From positions 192,001-256,000 of the forward strand of contig CAVOUE010000005.1 of NCBI GenBank assembly GCA_963699545.1: a stretch of 64,000 nucleotides of DNA, given 5' to 3'. A program made the translations under genes and the position numbers. The notes beneath the pieces were generated by a model. The model was not told the origin of the DNA. It saw only the letters and a program-made list of their open reading frames with translations, and ran no database searches. This document shows positions 51,540 to 62,503 of this stretch, piece after piece (within the stretch, counting starts at the first letter, position 1; each line of letters opens with the position of its first letter). The DNA comes from Nitrospirota bacterium (lineage in GTDB: Bacteria > Nitrospirota > Thermodesulfovibrionia > Thermodesulfovibrionales > UBA9159).

Positions 51540-52008
51540 AGCTTATCTCTAATATCTCATATTCCATAGTGCGCGCAGGGGCCTTGATCACCACCGAATC
51601 GCCCACCTCTTTCCCGAGCAATGCCTTTCCCACGGGAGAGCTTATGGATATCTTCCCCTGTTTCACGTCCGCCTCTTCGACGCCCACCAGGATAAAGACA
51701 TATTCCTCGTCCGCCCCTATATCCAGCACCTTCACCTTTGCTCCAAACCCGGCCCTGGACTGGTTTATCTTCGAAGGGTCGATCACCTCGGCCAGAGCAA
51801 GTTTCGCCTGGAGCTCCTGTATCCTCCCCTCAAGAAAGGACTGCCGCTCCTTGGCAGCGTGGTATTCGGCATTCTCGGAAAGGTCTCCATGGGCACGCGC
51901 CTCCGCGATGGCCTGTATGTTCTTCGGCCTGTCCACTTTCAGAAGCTTCTCCAGGTCCTCCTTGATCTTCTGCAACCCTTCCGGCGTCACCGGCACTCGC
52001 TTTTGCAT
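51532..52008 (-). CDS. greA: Transcription elongation factor GreA
   Basis: ARAHGDLSENAEYHAAKERQ, ISISSPVGKALLG. Confidence 0.97.
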   Translation of the reverse strand: MQKRVPVTPEGLQKIKEDLEKLLKVDRPKNIQAIAEARAHGDLSENAEYHAAKERQSFLEGRIQELQAKLALAEVIDPSKINQSRAGFGAKVKVLDIGADEEYVFILVGVEEADVKQGKISISSPVGKALLGKEVGDSVVIKAPARTMEYEILEISFE

Positions 52009-52156
52009 TTCCCCTCTCCCTGACAATTGATGAAATAATTTAACACTTTCACCAAAGATTTTCAAAGTTCAAAGACATCTCTTGACTAAACAGGGTGTAT
52101 AAATTACTCTAACGGAAAAGAAATGTGAGCGTCCATCGGAGCAGCGAGGAGGATAA

Positions 52157-53849
52157 ATGCGTTACTCGACAATGTTCATTCCGACCCTGAGGGAGACCCC
52201 CTCTGAAACCGAGTCGATAAGCCACATATTGATGCTGCGGGCGGGCTTTGTGAGGCAGCTTGCCTCAGGGTTGTATATATTTCTTCCCCTCGGCTGGAGG
52301 GTCATGAACAAGATCACTGCGATCCTGAGGGAAGAGATGGATGCCATAGGCGCACAGGAGATATCCATGCCGGTGCTCCACCCTGCCGAGATCTGGCAGC
52401 AGACCGGCAGGTGGGACGCCATCGGTGACGAAATGTTCAGGTTGAAGGACCGGACCGGACGGGACATGTGCCTGGGGATGACCCATGAGGAGATCATGAC
52501 GTGGCTCGCGTCCAGGGAGATCAGGTCATACAGGGACCTTCCCCAGATATGGTACCAGATACAGACAAAGCTCAGGGATGAGGCAAGGCCGAAGAGCGGG
52601 GTGCTGAGGACGCGTGAATTCGTCATGAAAGACAGCTACAGCTTTGATGTGTCCGAAGAAGGCCTCCGGAAGAACTACGAACTCCATGCAAATGCATACC
52701 ACCGGATCTTTGCCCGCTGCGGCCTGAAATTCTCGATGGTGGAGTCGGACCCCGGCATGATGGGAGGGGCGATCTCTCATGAGTTCATGGCCCCCAGTCC
52801 TGCAGGGGAAGATGAGATAGCGTTATGCGACCAATGCGGATATTCGGCAAATGTGGAGCTGGCGGTCTCAATCCCGGTCAGCAATGAGCCCAGGGAATGG
52901 ACATTAGAGGAGGTCCATACTCCGGACAAGAGGACGGTGGTGGAGGTTTCGAATTTTCTGAAGCTTCCCGCCTCATATTTCATAAAGAGCATTCTCGTCA
53001 TCGGGGATCAGGGCCCTGTCCTCGCTCTTGTGCGAGGCGATCAGGAACTGCATGAGAAGAAACTCGCAAAGGCGATCGGCAATCACCGTCCCGCACAGAA
53101 AACAGAGGTGAAAGAGATCCTTGGCGTGGAGGCAGGGTTCATCGGCCCCGTGGGACGGACGATAAGGACCATTGCTGATACTGCACTGAAGGAAGGTACA
53201 TATGTGAGCGGCGCCAACAAGCCCCACTATCATCTCAGGGGGATAGCACCGGGAAAGGATTTTTCTGCCGGAATGGCTCGACATCCATATCGCGAAGGCA
53301 GGGGACCTCTGCACGAAGTGTGCACGTGCACTTCGGGTCGAACGGGTGATAGAGATCGGAAATATCTTCCAGCTGGGGATCAAGTATTCGAACCCTCTGC
53401 GGGCCTTCTTCCTTGATGAGAGCGGACAGGAGAAACCGATCATCATGGGCAGTTACGGGATCGGTCCGGCCAGGATCGCGGCAGCGGCCGTTGAACAGAA
53501 CAATGACAAGGACGGTATAATTTGGCCAAAGAGCATCTCACCTTTTGATGTACAGCTTCTGCCGCTGAATATGAATGACGCGAAAACCGTGGAGGTGGCT
53601 GAAAAACTCTATGGAGATATCGCGGCGGCAGGGATAGAGGTCCTGATGGATGACCGTGAGGAAAGGGCCGGCGTGAAATTCAAGGACGCGGACCTCATCG
53701 GGATTCCCCTTCAGATCATTCTCGGGGAAAAGAACCTGAAAGACGGCCTTGTGGAGCTTAAGGACAGAAGGACAAAAGAGACAGTGAAAGTGAAGCTCGA
53801 AGAAATTGTCGAAAAGTTGCGGGTTGAAAGAAGCCGCAAAATACTTTAA
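52157..53849 (+). CDS. proS: Proline--tRNA ligase (frameshift near 53270)
   Basis: PTLRETP, THEE, RDEARP..LRTREFVMKD, IEIGNIFQLG, MGSYGIG, anticodon-binding GVKFKDADLIG. Confidence 0.96.
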
Positions 53850-53864
53850 AAGGAGAGTGCGCTT

Positions 53865-54254
53865 ATGAAATGGCTCGAAAAATACGCTGACTACGCTTAT
53901 GGTTTACTGCGCATCATGGCCGGATTCATGTTCTCGTTCCATGGTGCCCAGAAGATTCTTGGGGTGCTTTCAGGGGTACAGCCGCCAGTCGGATCTCAAC
54001 TCTGGTTCGGGGGAATGATCGAACTTTTGGGAGGTCTGGCGATACTGCTGGGGTTTAAGACGCGCGCGGCGGCTTTTCTCTGCTGCGGCGAGATGGCTGT
54101 GGCCTATTTCCAGTTCCACTGGAAGTTCCAACTCGGACCCCAGTTCTTTCCGACAATTAACAAAGGCGAGCTCGCCGTCCTCTACTGTTTTGTTTTCCTC
54201 TACATTGCCTGTCGAGGCGGGGTGAAATGGAGCCTGGACAAAAAGGGCCAATAG
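53865..54254 (+). CDS. DoxX-family membrane protein
   Basis: LLRIMAGFMFSFHGAQK, IELLGG, GELAVLY, WSLD. Confidence 0.9.
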   Translation: MKWLEKYADYAYGLLRIMAGFMFSFHGAQKILGVLSGVQPPVGSQLWFGGMIELLGGLAILLGFKTRAAAFLCCGEMAVAYFQFHWKFQLGPQFFPTINKGELAVLYCFVFLYIACRGGVKWSLDKKGQ

Positions 54255-54312
54255 CATATAAAGACAACCGCTGAGCCGGCAGCGACAGCACCCGACATCA
54301 TGCCCTTACAGG

Positions 54313-56089
54313 TCACTCAGCTGACGGTTCTTCACCCTGCCCTTCGGCCCCCTCTCCCGTAGTCTCGACACCCTGTCCCGGCGTTGTCTCCACAGCAGCA
54401 CCTGTCTTTGCCCTGTGCTTGGAGCGGCGTCTCCCCGCGCGACCGGGGCCGGCGCTTGGGATGCCTCTTGGGCTCTTCTCCCTGTTCCTTCGCATGTTCG
54501 GTCTCGTGTTCCTCTTTGTGCTCGGTCTTATGTTCAGTCCTCTGCTCGCCCTTACGCTCCGTCGCCTCCACTCCCTTGTGTTCCGTCCTTTTCTCTTCCT
54601 CGGGTTCTGCCTTTTCTTCCGCGAGTTTTTCAACGCTTATCGTATACTGGCCCGGGAAGAGTTTCGTGTCGGCTTCCAGCCTGACCGGCACTTTGAACTC
54701 CTTTTCGATCAGGGCGATCTCGTCCCTTCTCGTATTGACAAGATAGTTCATGATCTCAACAGTGACGGAGCAGAGAATGCTTTTTATCCCTCCCTTTGAT
54801 GCTTTGGCATGTATGTCCCTGTAGGCCGAAAGGGCGCTCATTTCAGTAGTCTTCACAATACCACTGCCCTCGCATGCCTCGCACTTCTTGTTTACCGCTT
54901 CATAATATGCCGGCCTCAGTCGCTCCCTGGTCATCTCCACCAGCCCGAATTTGGATATGGCGCTGATATCATTATGGGCCTTGTCCGCGCTGAGAGCGGT
55001 TCTCAGCCTGTTCTCAACTTCCTTCCTGTTCTTGAAAGAAGCCATGTCGATGAAGTCGATGACGATGAGGCCGCCGATGTCCCGCAACCTGAACTGCCGG
55101 GCGATCTCATCCGCAGCTTCGATGTTCGTCTTCAGGGCAGTGGACTCAATGTTCTCCTCTTTCCGGGACCTCCCTGAGTTCACATCGATGGAGGTGAGGG
55201 CCTCTGTCTTGTCGATGACGATATATCCCCGGGAAGGAAGGTATACATACCGGTCGTAGATCTTGGCGATCTGTTCCTCGATGGCATGCTTCGAGAAGAT
55301 CGGCTTTTTGTCCTTGTACAACTTTATGTTTATCTTTCGCCACGGAAGGGTCTTTCTCAGGAACTCTTTGGTATTCCGGTACGCCTCCTGATCATCCACA
55401 AGGACTTCCGTTACATCGCTGGTAAGATAGTCCCTCACGGTCCTGACCGCGATGTCCTGCTCCTTGTAAATGAGGGCAGGCGCAGTGACCTTCTTGGATT
55501 CGCTCTGGATCTTGGTCCACAGCTTGGTGAGATACTTCAGGTCGTTCTCCAGTTCCTCGCCGGTCTTGTCACTGCCCGCTGTCCGGAGGATGAAGCCCAT
55601 ATCCTTTGGGAGCTTGAGAGAGCTGAATATCTCCTTGAGGCGGTTGCGGTCCTCCCTGTCCTCGATCTTCCTCGAGATGCCCACCCTTTCCTCACCGGGC
55701 ATCATGACGATATACCTGCCCGGGATCGACAGATAGGTGGTCAGGCTCGCTCCCTTCGTGTCACGCTCATCCTTCTCCACCTGGACAATGACCTCCAGTC
55801 CCTTGGACAGGGCTTCCTGTATCCTCGGTCTCTTGCCTGTCGCCAGGTTCTTGAAATATTCAGGCCTTATCTCTCTCATCTGGAGAAATCCGTGTTTCTT
55901 CGGACCGAAATCCACAAAGGCAGCCTGGAGCCCCGGCTCAACTCTCGCAATGACGCCTTTGTAGATGTTCCCCTTAAGGTGTTCTTTTGCAGAAACTTCG
56001 ACGTAGAAGTCCACAAGGGTATCGCCTTCCACGATGGCCACCCTCTTCTCTTCAGCATGCGCTGCGTTGATCAGTATCTTTTTCTTCAT
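54313..56089 (-). CDS. rne: Ribonuclease E/G family (probable frameshift in the low-complexity tail)
   Basis: GNIYKG, AAFVDFG, TEALTSIDVNSG, LRDIGGLIVIDFIDM, CEAC Zn-link; tail with EHK repeats. Confidence 0.92.
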
Positions 56090-56433
56090 TCTCCATCCCT
56101 CTCTGTCAGTGTACCGGTCTCGTATATTGCATCATCTCTCTCTGTAGTCACCTTTTCTCCTTCGCGGGTATCCTCTCTTCCCGCATCCGATTCCTTATGC
56201 ACCATGTAGAGGGCCTCGCTCAGGAGAAGCTCAGGATATCTCACCGTGGCCTCGATCACCTCCGCCAGGGGATAATCCACATACTGCCCCTCCGGGTACA
56301 TAATCCGCATGAACCGTCTCTTCAGAAGAAAAATGCGCCTGGCATGGCCGTTCTTGTCAATGACAGGAACTATCACATGCTCCAGGTCCTCTTCAAGATC
56401 ATACCGTCTGATGAGTTCCCTTGCCTCTTCCAT
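56086..56433 (-). CDS. Hypothetical protein coupled to rne
   Basis: 115-aa ORF with ATGA overlap onto the rne start. Confidence 0.7.
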   Translation of the reverse strand: MEEARELIRRYDLEEDLEHVIVPVIDKNGHARRIFLLKRRFMRIMYPEGQYVDYPLAEVIEATVRYPELLLSEALYMVHKESDAGREDTREGEKVTTERDDAIYETGTLTERDGE

Positions 56434-56627
56434 CGGAACCGATGCCCTCTATTCCTTGTCTGAGCGGAGAAGGGCCTTGCTTTCTGCCGAACCTTCTCGC
56501 GACGCCGACACACCCATTCTACAGAATGGGGCCTCTGTTGTAAAGAATTGTCTGCCTGACAGACCGGTCAGTGACGGCGCGGTCGGCATCCCGCGGCTCC
56601 CCTGTGTCGCGGAGTGCGACCTTCGCC

Positions 56628-56657
56628 TTGACTTACCGGAATTTCAACCAGTATACT
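56628..56657 (+). promoter_or_regulatory. Sigma-70 promoter of lysS
   Basis: TTGACT-N18-TATACT, 12 nt before the ATG. Confidence 0.65.
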
Positions 56658-56669
56658 TTTTAGATTCCG

Positions 56670-58145
56670 ATGGAAGACATTAACGAACAGATAGAGCAGA
56701 GACTGAAAAAGCTCGATGAGCTGAAACAGGCTGGCATCGAACCCTTTGGCGGACCCTTCGAAGTTACCCATCATGCCTCTCAAATACTGAACGCGTACGG
56801 CGAGACTTCAAAGGAAGATCTTGGAGCGCATCCCGTCACTTTCGTCATTGCAGGCAGGATCGTTGCGATGCGCGATTTCGGGAAGGCGGCCTTTGCGCAC
56901 ATCCAGGATTCCTCAGGCAGGATACAGGTCTATTTCCGGAAAGACATTCTCGGCGATTCCTTCTCCGTCATAAAAAAACTGGACATCGGGGATATCGTCG
57001 GGATCAAAGGCAAGCTCTTCAGAACAAAGACGAATGAACTCACTATCGAGGTGGACGATCTCGCCTTTCTCACAAAATCCCTGAGACCGCTGCCTGAGAA
57101 ATGGCACGGCCTCAAGGATATCGAGACCCGGTACCGCCAGCGCTACGTTGATCTCATCGTGAATCCCGAAGTCCGCAAGGCCTTTGAGAAGAGGAGCGCC
57201 GTGATAAAGTCAATCAGGGACTTCTTTGAGGCAAAGGGGTTCATCGAGGTTGAAACACCGATGATGCACCAGATTCCGGGTGGCGCCACCGCGCGGCCGT
57301 TTATGACGCACCATAATGCTCTGGATATCGACCTCTATTTGAGGATCGCACCGGAACTCTACCTGAAGAGGCTCCTCGTGGGGGGCTATGAGCGTGTGTA
57401 CGAACTGAACAAGAACTTCAGAAATGAGGGTATATCCACAAAGCACAACCCCGAATTCACCATGCTGGAATTCTATATGGCGTACAAGGATTACACCTTT
57501 CTGATGAGCTTCACAGAGGAGATATTCTCGTACGTAGCGGAGAAGGCGGTCGGTACGTTAAAGATACCCTATGGGGATACGGTGATCGACCTTACCCCTC
57601 CCTGGAAGCGGGTCACCATGCGCGACGCCCTCAGGGAAAAGGGGGTGCCCGACGGCGTACTGACAGGCCCGGCCGAAGCAGTGAACTGGGCAATGACGAG
57701 GAAGTTAGCACTGGAGAAGGGCGCATCCCATGCAAAGGTGCTGGATGAAATATTCAAGGAGAATGTGGAGCCGGACCTGATACAGCCCACCTTCATCATC
57801 GACTATCCGGTAGAGCTTTCGCCCCTTGCAAAGAGGAAACGGGACAATCCTGACCTTGTGGAAAGGTTCGAGCTCTTCATCGCCTCCAGGGAGGTCGCCA
57901 ATGCTTTTTCGGAGCTCAACGACCCTCTTGACCAGAGAGAGAGGTTCCTCAAACAAGTGGAAGCACGGGAAGAAGGCGATGAAGAAGCCCAGCATATGGA
58001 TGAGGACTTTGTTCGGGCGCTGGAATACGGCATGCCGCCGGCTGCAGGCGAAGGCATCGGCATAGACAGGTTGGTGATGTTGCTCACCAATTCCCTTTCG
58101 ATAAGGGACGTCATCCTCTTTCCGCAACTGAAGCCAGAGCAATAA
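56670..58145 (+). CDS. lysS: Lysine--tRNA ligase (class II)
   Basis: RYRQRYVDL, EVETPMM, LRIAPELYLKRL, FRNEG, ERFELF, LEYGMPP..GIGIDRL. Confidence 0.98.
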   Translation: MEDINEQIEQRLKKLDELKQAGIEPFGGPFEVTHHASQILNAYGETSKEDLGAHPVTFVIAGRIVAMRDFGKAAFAHIQDSSGRIQVYFRKDILGDSFSVIKKLDIGDIVGIKGKLFRTKTNELTIEVDDLAFLTKSLRPLPEKWHGLKDIETRYRQRYVDLIVNPEVRKAFEKRSAVIKSIRDFFEAKGFIEVETPMMHQIPGGATARPFMTHHNALDIDLYLRIAPELYLKRLLVGGYERVYELNKNFRNEGISTKHNPEFTMLEFYMAYKDYTFLMSFTEEIFSYVAEKAVGTLKIPYGDTVIDLTPPWKRVTMRDALREKGVPDGVLTGPAEAVNWAMTRKLALEKGASHAKVLDEIFKENVEPDLIQPTFIIDYPVELSPLAKRKRDNPDLVERFELFIASREVANAFSELNDPLDQRERFLKQVEAREEGDEEAQHMDEDFVRALEYGMPPAAGEGIGIDRLVMLLTNSLSIRDVILFPQLKPEQ

Positions 58146-58150
58146 AAAAA

Positions 58151-59437
58151 GTGAACAGCGATCAGAAGCGAGAAACAGGCTCACCACCCATCACCGGTCA
58201 CCCGTCATTTTCTCTCCCGTATCAGCTCTTTATCGCACTACGGTACCTCAGATCAAAGAAGAGGAACAAAGGTGTCTCCTTCAACACCGCCATATCCATC
58301 GGGGGCGTCGCTCTGGGCGTAATGGCCCTCCTTGTGGTGCTCTCGGTCATGAGCGGGTTTCATGAAGACCTCCAGAGAAAGATCCTGGGAGTGAACGCTC
58401 ATATCGTTGTCCTGGACCACAGGGGAACTCTGGACAATTATGAAAAAACGATCGAAAAGATCCGGGGAGTACAGGATGTCGTCTCTGCCTCCCCCTTTGT
58501 CCTTGGGCAGGTCATGGTCTCCTTCGGCAGCAAGGGACAGGGCGTCTATCTCAGGGGAATAAACCCTGCCACAGAGGAAAGTACCACGGACATCGCAAAG
58601 CATCTGAAAGAAGGCAGGCTCTCTGACCTGGACAAAAAGGACGGGCTGCCCGGCATTATCCTCGGCAAAGAGCTGGCCAACAGGCTGGGGGTGTTCAGGA
58701 ACGATGTGATCACCATCCTTTCTCCCACAGGGGAGATCGGTCCGCTGGGCATGCTTCCGAAGGTAAAGTCCTTCAGGGTGGTGGGGATATTCGAGGTGGG
58801 GATGTTCGAGTACGACTCCAACCTCGTGGTCACGGGACTTAAACCCGCGCAGGACTTCTTTAAGCTCGGCGGTTCAGTGACAGGGCTCGAGGTGAGGATA
58901 TCCGATATCTACAGGGCGTCGGACGTGAGGGAGAGGACCCAGAAGACCCTGGGCTATCCCTTCCATGTGCGGGACTGGATGCAGATGAACAAGAACCTCT
59001 TCTCCGCTCTCAAGCTCGAAAAGTTCGCCATGTTCGTCATCCTGGTGCTCATCATCCTGGTGGCCTCTTTCAACATCGTGAGCACCCTCATCATGAACGT
59101 CATTGAAAAGCAGAGAGAGATAGCGATCCTCAAGACCATGGGGGCCACCAACAGAGGCATCATGACCATATTCATGTTCCAGGGATTCATCATCGGGCTC
59201 GTCGGCACCGTCATCGGCCTTGGGTGCGGGTATGCCCTTTCCTACGTTCTCAATACCTACCAGATCATCAAGCTTCCTCCCGACATTTATTATCTCAGTC
59301 ATCTGCCGGTGAAGATGAAGCTCTCTGACTTCCTCTCCGTTTCCCTGTCCGCTATCGTGATCAGCTTCCTCTCGACCATCTACCCTGCCTGGCAGGCCGC
59401 AAAATTAGACCCCATCGAGCCCCTCAGATACGAGTGA
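58151..59437 (+). CDS. lolE: Lipoprotein-releasing ABC transporter permease, LolC/E family
   Basis: FIALRYLR, VLSVMSGF, GMFEYD, EIAILKTMGA, YPAWQAAKLDPIEPLRYE. Confidence 0.9.
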   Translation: MNSDQKRETGSPPITGHPSFSLPYQLFIALRYLRSKKRNKGVSFNTAISIGGVALGVMALLVVLSVMSGFHEDLQRKILGVNAHIVVLDHRGTLDNYEKTIEKIRGVQDVVSASPFVLGQVMVSFGSKGQGVYLRGINPATEESTTDIAKHLKEGRLSDLDKKDGLPGIILGKELANRLGVFRNDVITILSPTGEIGPLGMLPKVKSFRVVGIFEVGMFEYDSNLVVTGLKPAQDFFKLGGSVTGLEVRISDIYRASDVRERTQKTLGYPFHVRDWMQMNKNLFSALKLEKFAMFVILVLIILVASFNIVSTLIMNVIEKQREIAILKTMGATNRGIMTIFMFQGFIIGLVGTVIGLGCGYALSYVLNTYQIIKLPPDIYYLSHLPVKMKLSDFLSVSLSAIVISFLSTIYPAWQAAKLDPIEPLRYE

Positions 59438-60385
59438 AGGGCTAAAGGCCTCCATGGCCCATTGCACCCGGGTCTCTGCCGTTGCAAATATATGAGACGG
59501 TGCATGGTCCACAAGGTCAAGGCGTCGTCTGAGACCTGAACCGTTCGCCAGCTGGATCGCCAGCCCGGGACGCACGTTCATTTCGAGGAGCAGCGGGCCG
59601 TGTTTCCGGTCAATGACCATATCCACCCCCACGTAGCCCAGACCCGTCATCTCAAAGGCAGACGCGGCCATCAGGAGCATGGCCCTCCAGTGCGGCACCT
59701 CTATGCCTCTCACCTGCCTGCCCGTATCGGGATGGCGGGTGATCGTCTCCGAGCCATGTACTGCGTCAAGGGTCAGACCCCTGCTCATCTCTATGCCGGA
59801 GCCCACGGCACCCCGGTGGAGGTTCGCCTTGCCTTCGGATTCTTTTGTCGGGAGGCGGACCATTCCCATCGCCGGAACCCCCTGATACACCACGATCCGT
59901 ACGTCCGGGACCCCTTCATAGGACACCGAAACGAAGGCCGGGTCGGGAAAGACCAATGCCTCTATGATCGCCTCGTCCTCGAGGGCCGCAAGGGAATAAA
60001 TCCCTGAGAGAATATCTGAGACATGATAGCAAAAATCAGACCATGTCATCACCTCACCGCTTTGCGTGACAAAATCGAGGCCCTTCCTGTCGGTAACAAG
60101 AACGATACCGCTCCCTCCTGCTCCGCGAGCGGGTTTCAGAACAAAATTCCGCCGGTCTCCCAGCGCACGTTCAAGGCCGGCGATATCGCCATGATATTCC
60201 ACCACGTGGTACAGGGCAGGTGTCGGGATACGATGTTTCTCGGCAAGAGTCTTTGTATACAACTTATTATCCACGAGGGGATAGGAGGAACGGGGATTGC
60301 ACCGCATAATGTACTCGGCATTCCTGCGATTCATACCAAGCACTCCTGCGTTCCGCAGCCCGGAAATACCTTTGAAGGTCATCAT
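59405..60385 (-). CDS. Alpha-L-glutamate ligase-like ATP-grasp protein (RimK-related)
   Basis: GVLGMNRRNAEY, LVDNKLYTK, FVLKPARGAGGSGI, GVPDVR, GKANLHRGA, LEMNVRPGLAIQ. Confidence 0.88.
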   Translation of the reverse strand: MMTFKGISGLRNAGVLGMNRRNAEYIMRCNPRSSYPLVDNKLYTKTLAEKHRIPTPALYHVVEYHGDIAGLERALGDRRNFVLKPARGAGGSGIVLVTDRKGLDFVTQSGEVMTWSDFCYHVSDILSGIYSLAALEDEAIIEALVFPDPAFVSVSYEGVPDVRIVVYQGVPAMGMVRLPTKESEGKANLHRGAVGSGIEMSRGLTLDAVHGSETITRHPDTGRQVRGIEVPHWRAMLLMAASAFEMTGLGYVGVDMVIDRKHGPLLLEMNVRPGLAIQLANGSGLRRRLDLVDHAPSHIFATAETRVQWAMEAFSPSLVSEGLDGV

Positions 60386-61906
60386 GATTTCCTCAGCCTC
60401 CGAAAACGGAGGAATTCCGAGAGACGATAGCCGGTGTAGCGACCGATGAGCACCTGGAGGGCCGCAACCACACAGAGTAGCTCCGGGTAGATGAAGAAAG
60501 AGAGCTGGAGAGGCTCCACGTGGATGACCTCGTAGGCGATGCCGGCCACCACAGCGCTCCCCAGGGCCGTCCGGAGACCTTCCCGTAACCCCTCTTCCTC
60601 CATAATGACAAAAAAACGCTCGATGGTCATGGTGAGGATTACGAACGGGAGCAGACCCACGGCCATGAATTGCCGCATTCCGAGCTTGTTTCCGACCACG
60701 GCAAAGACGGTGAAACAGGCGATCACCAGTGTCAGGATCACTGAAAGACGGGGAACGAGGAGGAGGTGAAGTTTGTCGAGGAACCGGCGGACCGCGTACC
60801 CGATGAAAACCACGCCGCCAAAAATACCGAGCCCATAGGCGAGTCCGGTGTTCCGAAAAGCAAGGGCCATAAGGACAGGCATGAATATACCAAAGGTGGG
60901 GAATCCCACGATATTGCGAAGCACGCATACGATGAGGGCGCCTATGGGGACCAAAAGGAGAATGCGGAAGGTGGCCTGGAACTCTTCCGGGAGAACGAAA
61001 GAGCGACCAGCGATCCAGAAATCTTTCCGACTGTCGTATCCGCTCGAACTGCAAGCGCCACTGACCTATGATCTGCTTTCTCAGGGTCCATCGCATGTCT
61101 GTCAGCTCTCCATTTGACACGCGAATGGCAGGGAGAGCCCCCGTGGTCAATGGGAACAGGAGAACCGATCTCCTGTAAACCTCTCCTGTTTCAGGATGGA
61201 GCCGTTCCCATCCTCTGCCGGTCCATACCTCGGTCCATGTGACAGGTTTGGACGTAACGCTCTCGGTGAGAACCAGACCCTCAACAATGCGCGCAGGGAG
61301 CCTTGCAGCGCTGAGCAGAGCCATAAGTGCGGAAAGATGACCTCGTTCCTCGCGAAGACGTTTCCACGCCACGATATCGTCGGCAGCCGGCAGCGGTGCC
61401 CAGTAACCTGCTGCGGCTGAGACCACCGCATGAAACCTCTCCTGAAGGCTGAGAGTTCTCCAGTTCAGGGCCAGACGTTCCACCAGTTGCCGCTCCTCCT
61501 TTCCTATGGACTCTGGATAAGGTCCAGGCGCCGGCTCCGCTTCTTTCACCTTCTGTTCGGGCCGCAAAACAATGGTGGCGCGGTATGAGATGCTCTCTCC
61601 CCTGGCATCGGTCGTGCCGGACCAGACACCGAAACGGTTCAGACCTTCATGGAGGAGGCTGAAATCCAGTTCGCCGCCCGTTATTTTTTCTTCGAATACC
61701 GCCCGGTCCTTATAGGTATGGGGGAGACCCATCACTACCTTCATCTCTTCCCCTCCGCTCCTGACCGCCGCGTCCATGGAAAGCTGCCAGGCCTTCTCGC
61801 TGGCAGCAGGCAAGAGCGGATATCCGAGGGAGAAAATACGGTAGGCTATGAGGGCCGCAGGGAGCATCATCAGCAACACGGCAAGAACGAATGCGCGGTA
61901 TCTCAC
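60382..61906 (-). CDS. Inactive-transglutaminase domain fused to a 7TM domain (frameshift near 60990)
   Basis: N-terminal TM, LPARIVEGL..WTEVW; C-terminal VPIGAL..RNIVGFPTFGIFMPVL, VILTMTIERF, GRYTGYRLSE. Confidence 0.85.
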
Positions 61907-62448
61907 GGTACTGTGCTGACGCGGCAGCTCGGAGGAGCTATCCCGGTTCGGCCCACATCAACAATAAAATCTTTTTCGAGAGTTTCACGTCCCACCAGAA
62001 AAGGATACTCCATGCGGGAACGGTCCGTGAGCGTCACGGAAGTGACGATGCGTTTCGGCCCCAGACATATCTCGATCTTCACCACCGGTCTCCTCCAGCT
62101 GCCCTCGGCAGTCTGGACCTCCTTCCAACCCACCAGCGGCAGGCGAGCCTCGTGACCGCCACATCTGTCTGCCATGGTGAGTGTGACGAATTTCCCCACC
62201 ACGGCATATCCGCACACATCAAGAGAAGACAGGGCAGCGCCCGTATCGATGCGGGCCGGGACCTTCACACCCCATGGGAAAAGGATCACGTCTTCCACCG
62301 CCCCGACAGTGATTTTTTCATGAGCGTTCATGTCAGCGGGGACAAGGATCAGAAGAACAACCCACCAGGCCCAGAGCACCAGGCCCACTAATCCCCGGCA
62401 GAACGCCATCTCACCATCTCGGCCCTTGTGATCAACCATACGTTCCAT
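61903..62448 (-). CDS. Secreted retropepsin-like protease of RimK-associated loci
   Basis: Hydrophobic leader, ARIDTGA, RRPVV, LTDRSRMEYPFLVGR. Confidence 0.85.
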   Translation of the reverse strand: MERMVDHKGRDGEMAFCRGLVGLVLWAWWVVLLILVPADMNAHEKITVGAVEDVILFPWGVKVPARIDTGAALSSLDVCGYAVVGKFVTLTMADRCGGHEARLPLVGWKEVQTAEGSWRRPVVKIEICLGPKRIVTSVTLTDRSRMEYPFLVGRETLEKDFIVDVGRTGIAPPSCRVSTVP

Positions 62449-62503
62449 TTCTTACTATAACCGACTTTACTCTCGATGACAAGATTGCGTTCACCGCACC
62501 TGT

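Noticed and set aside
44761-53849. valS and proS (and other split genes) as pseudogenes or programmed frameshifts
   Set aside because: They are essential genes with intact motifs and no consistent slippery-site pattern; sequencing indels are more parsimonious.
54430-54620. EHK-type repeats in the RNase E tail as a distinct repeat element
   Set aside because: Ordinary low-complexity disordered tail, as is typical of RNase E family proteins.
56434-56627. tRNA or known riboswitch
   Set aside because: No cloverleaf, T-loop or recognisable aptamer consensus; kept only as a candidate structured leader.
59405-61906. 833-aa transglutaminase/ATP-grasp fusion shown in the ORF track
   Set aside because: Artefact of a frameshift near 60990: the middle is out-of-frame nonsense, while the real 7TM domain is in another frame (60382-60954).
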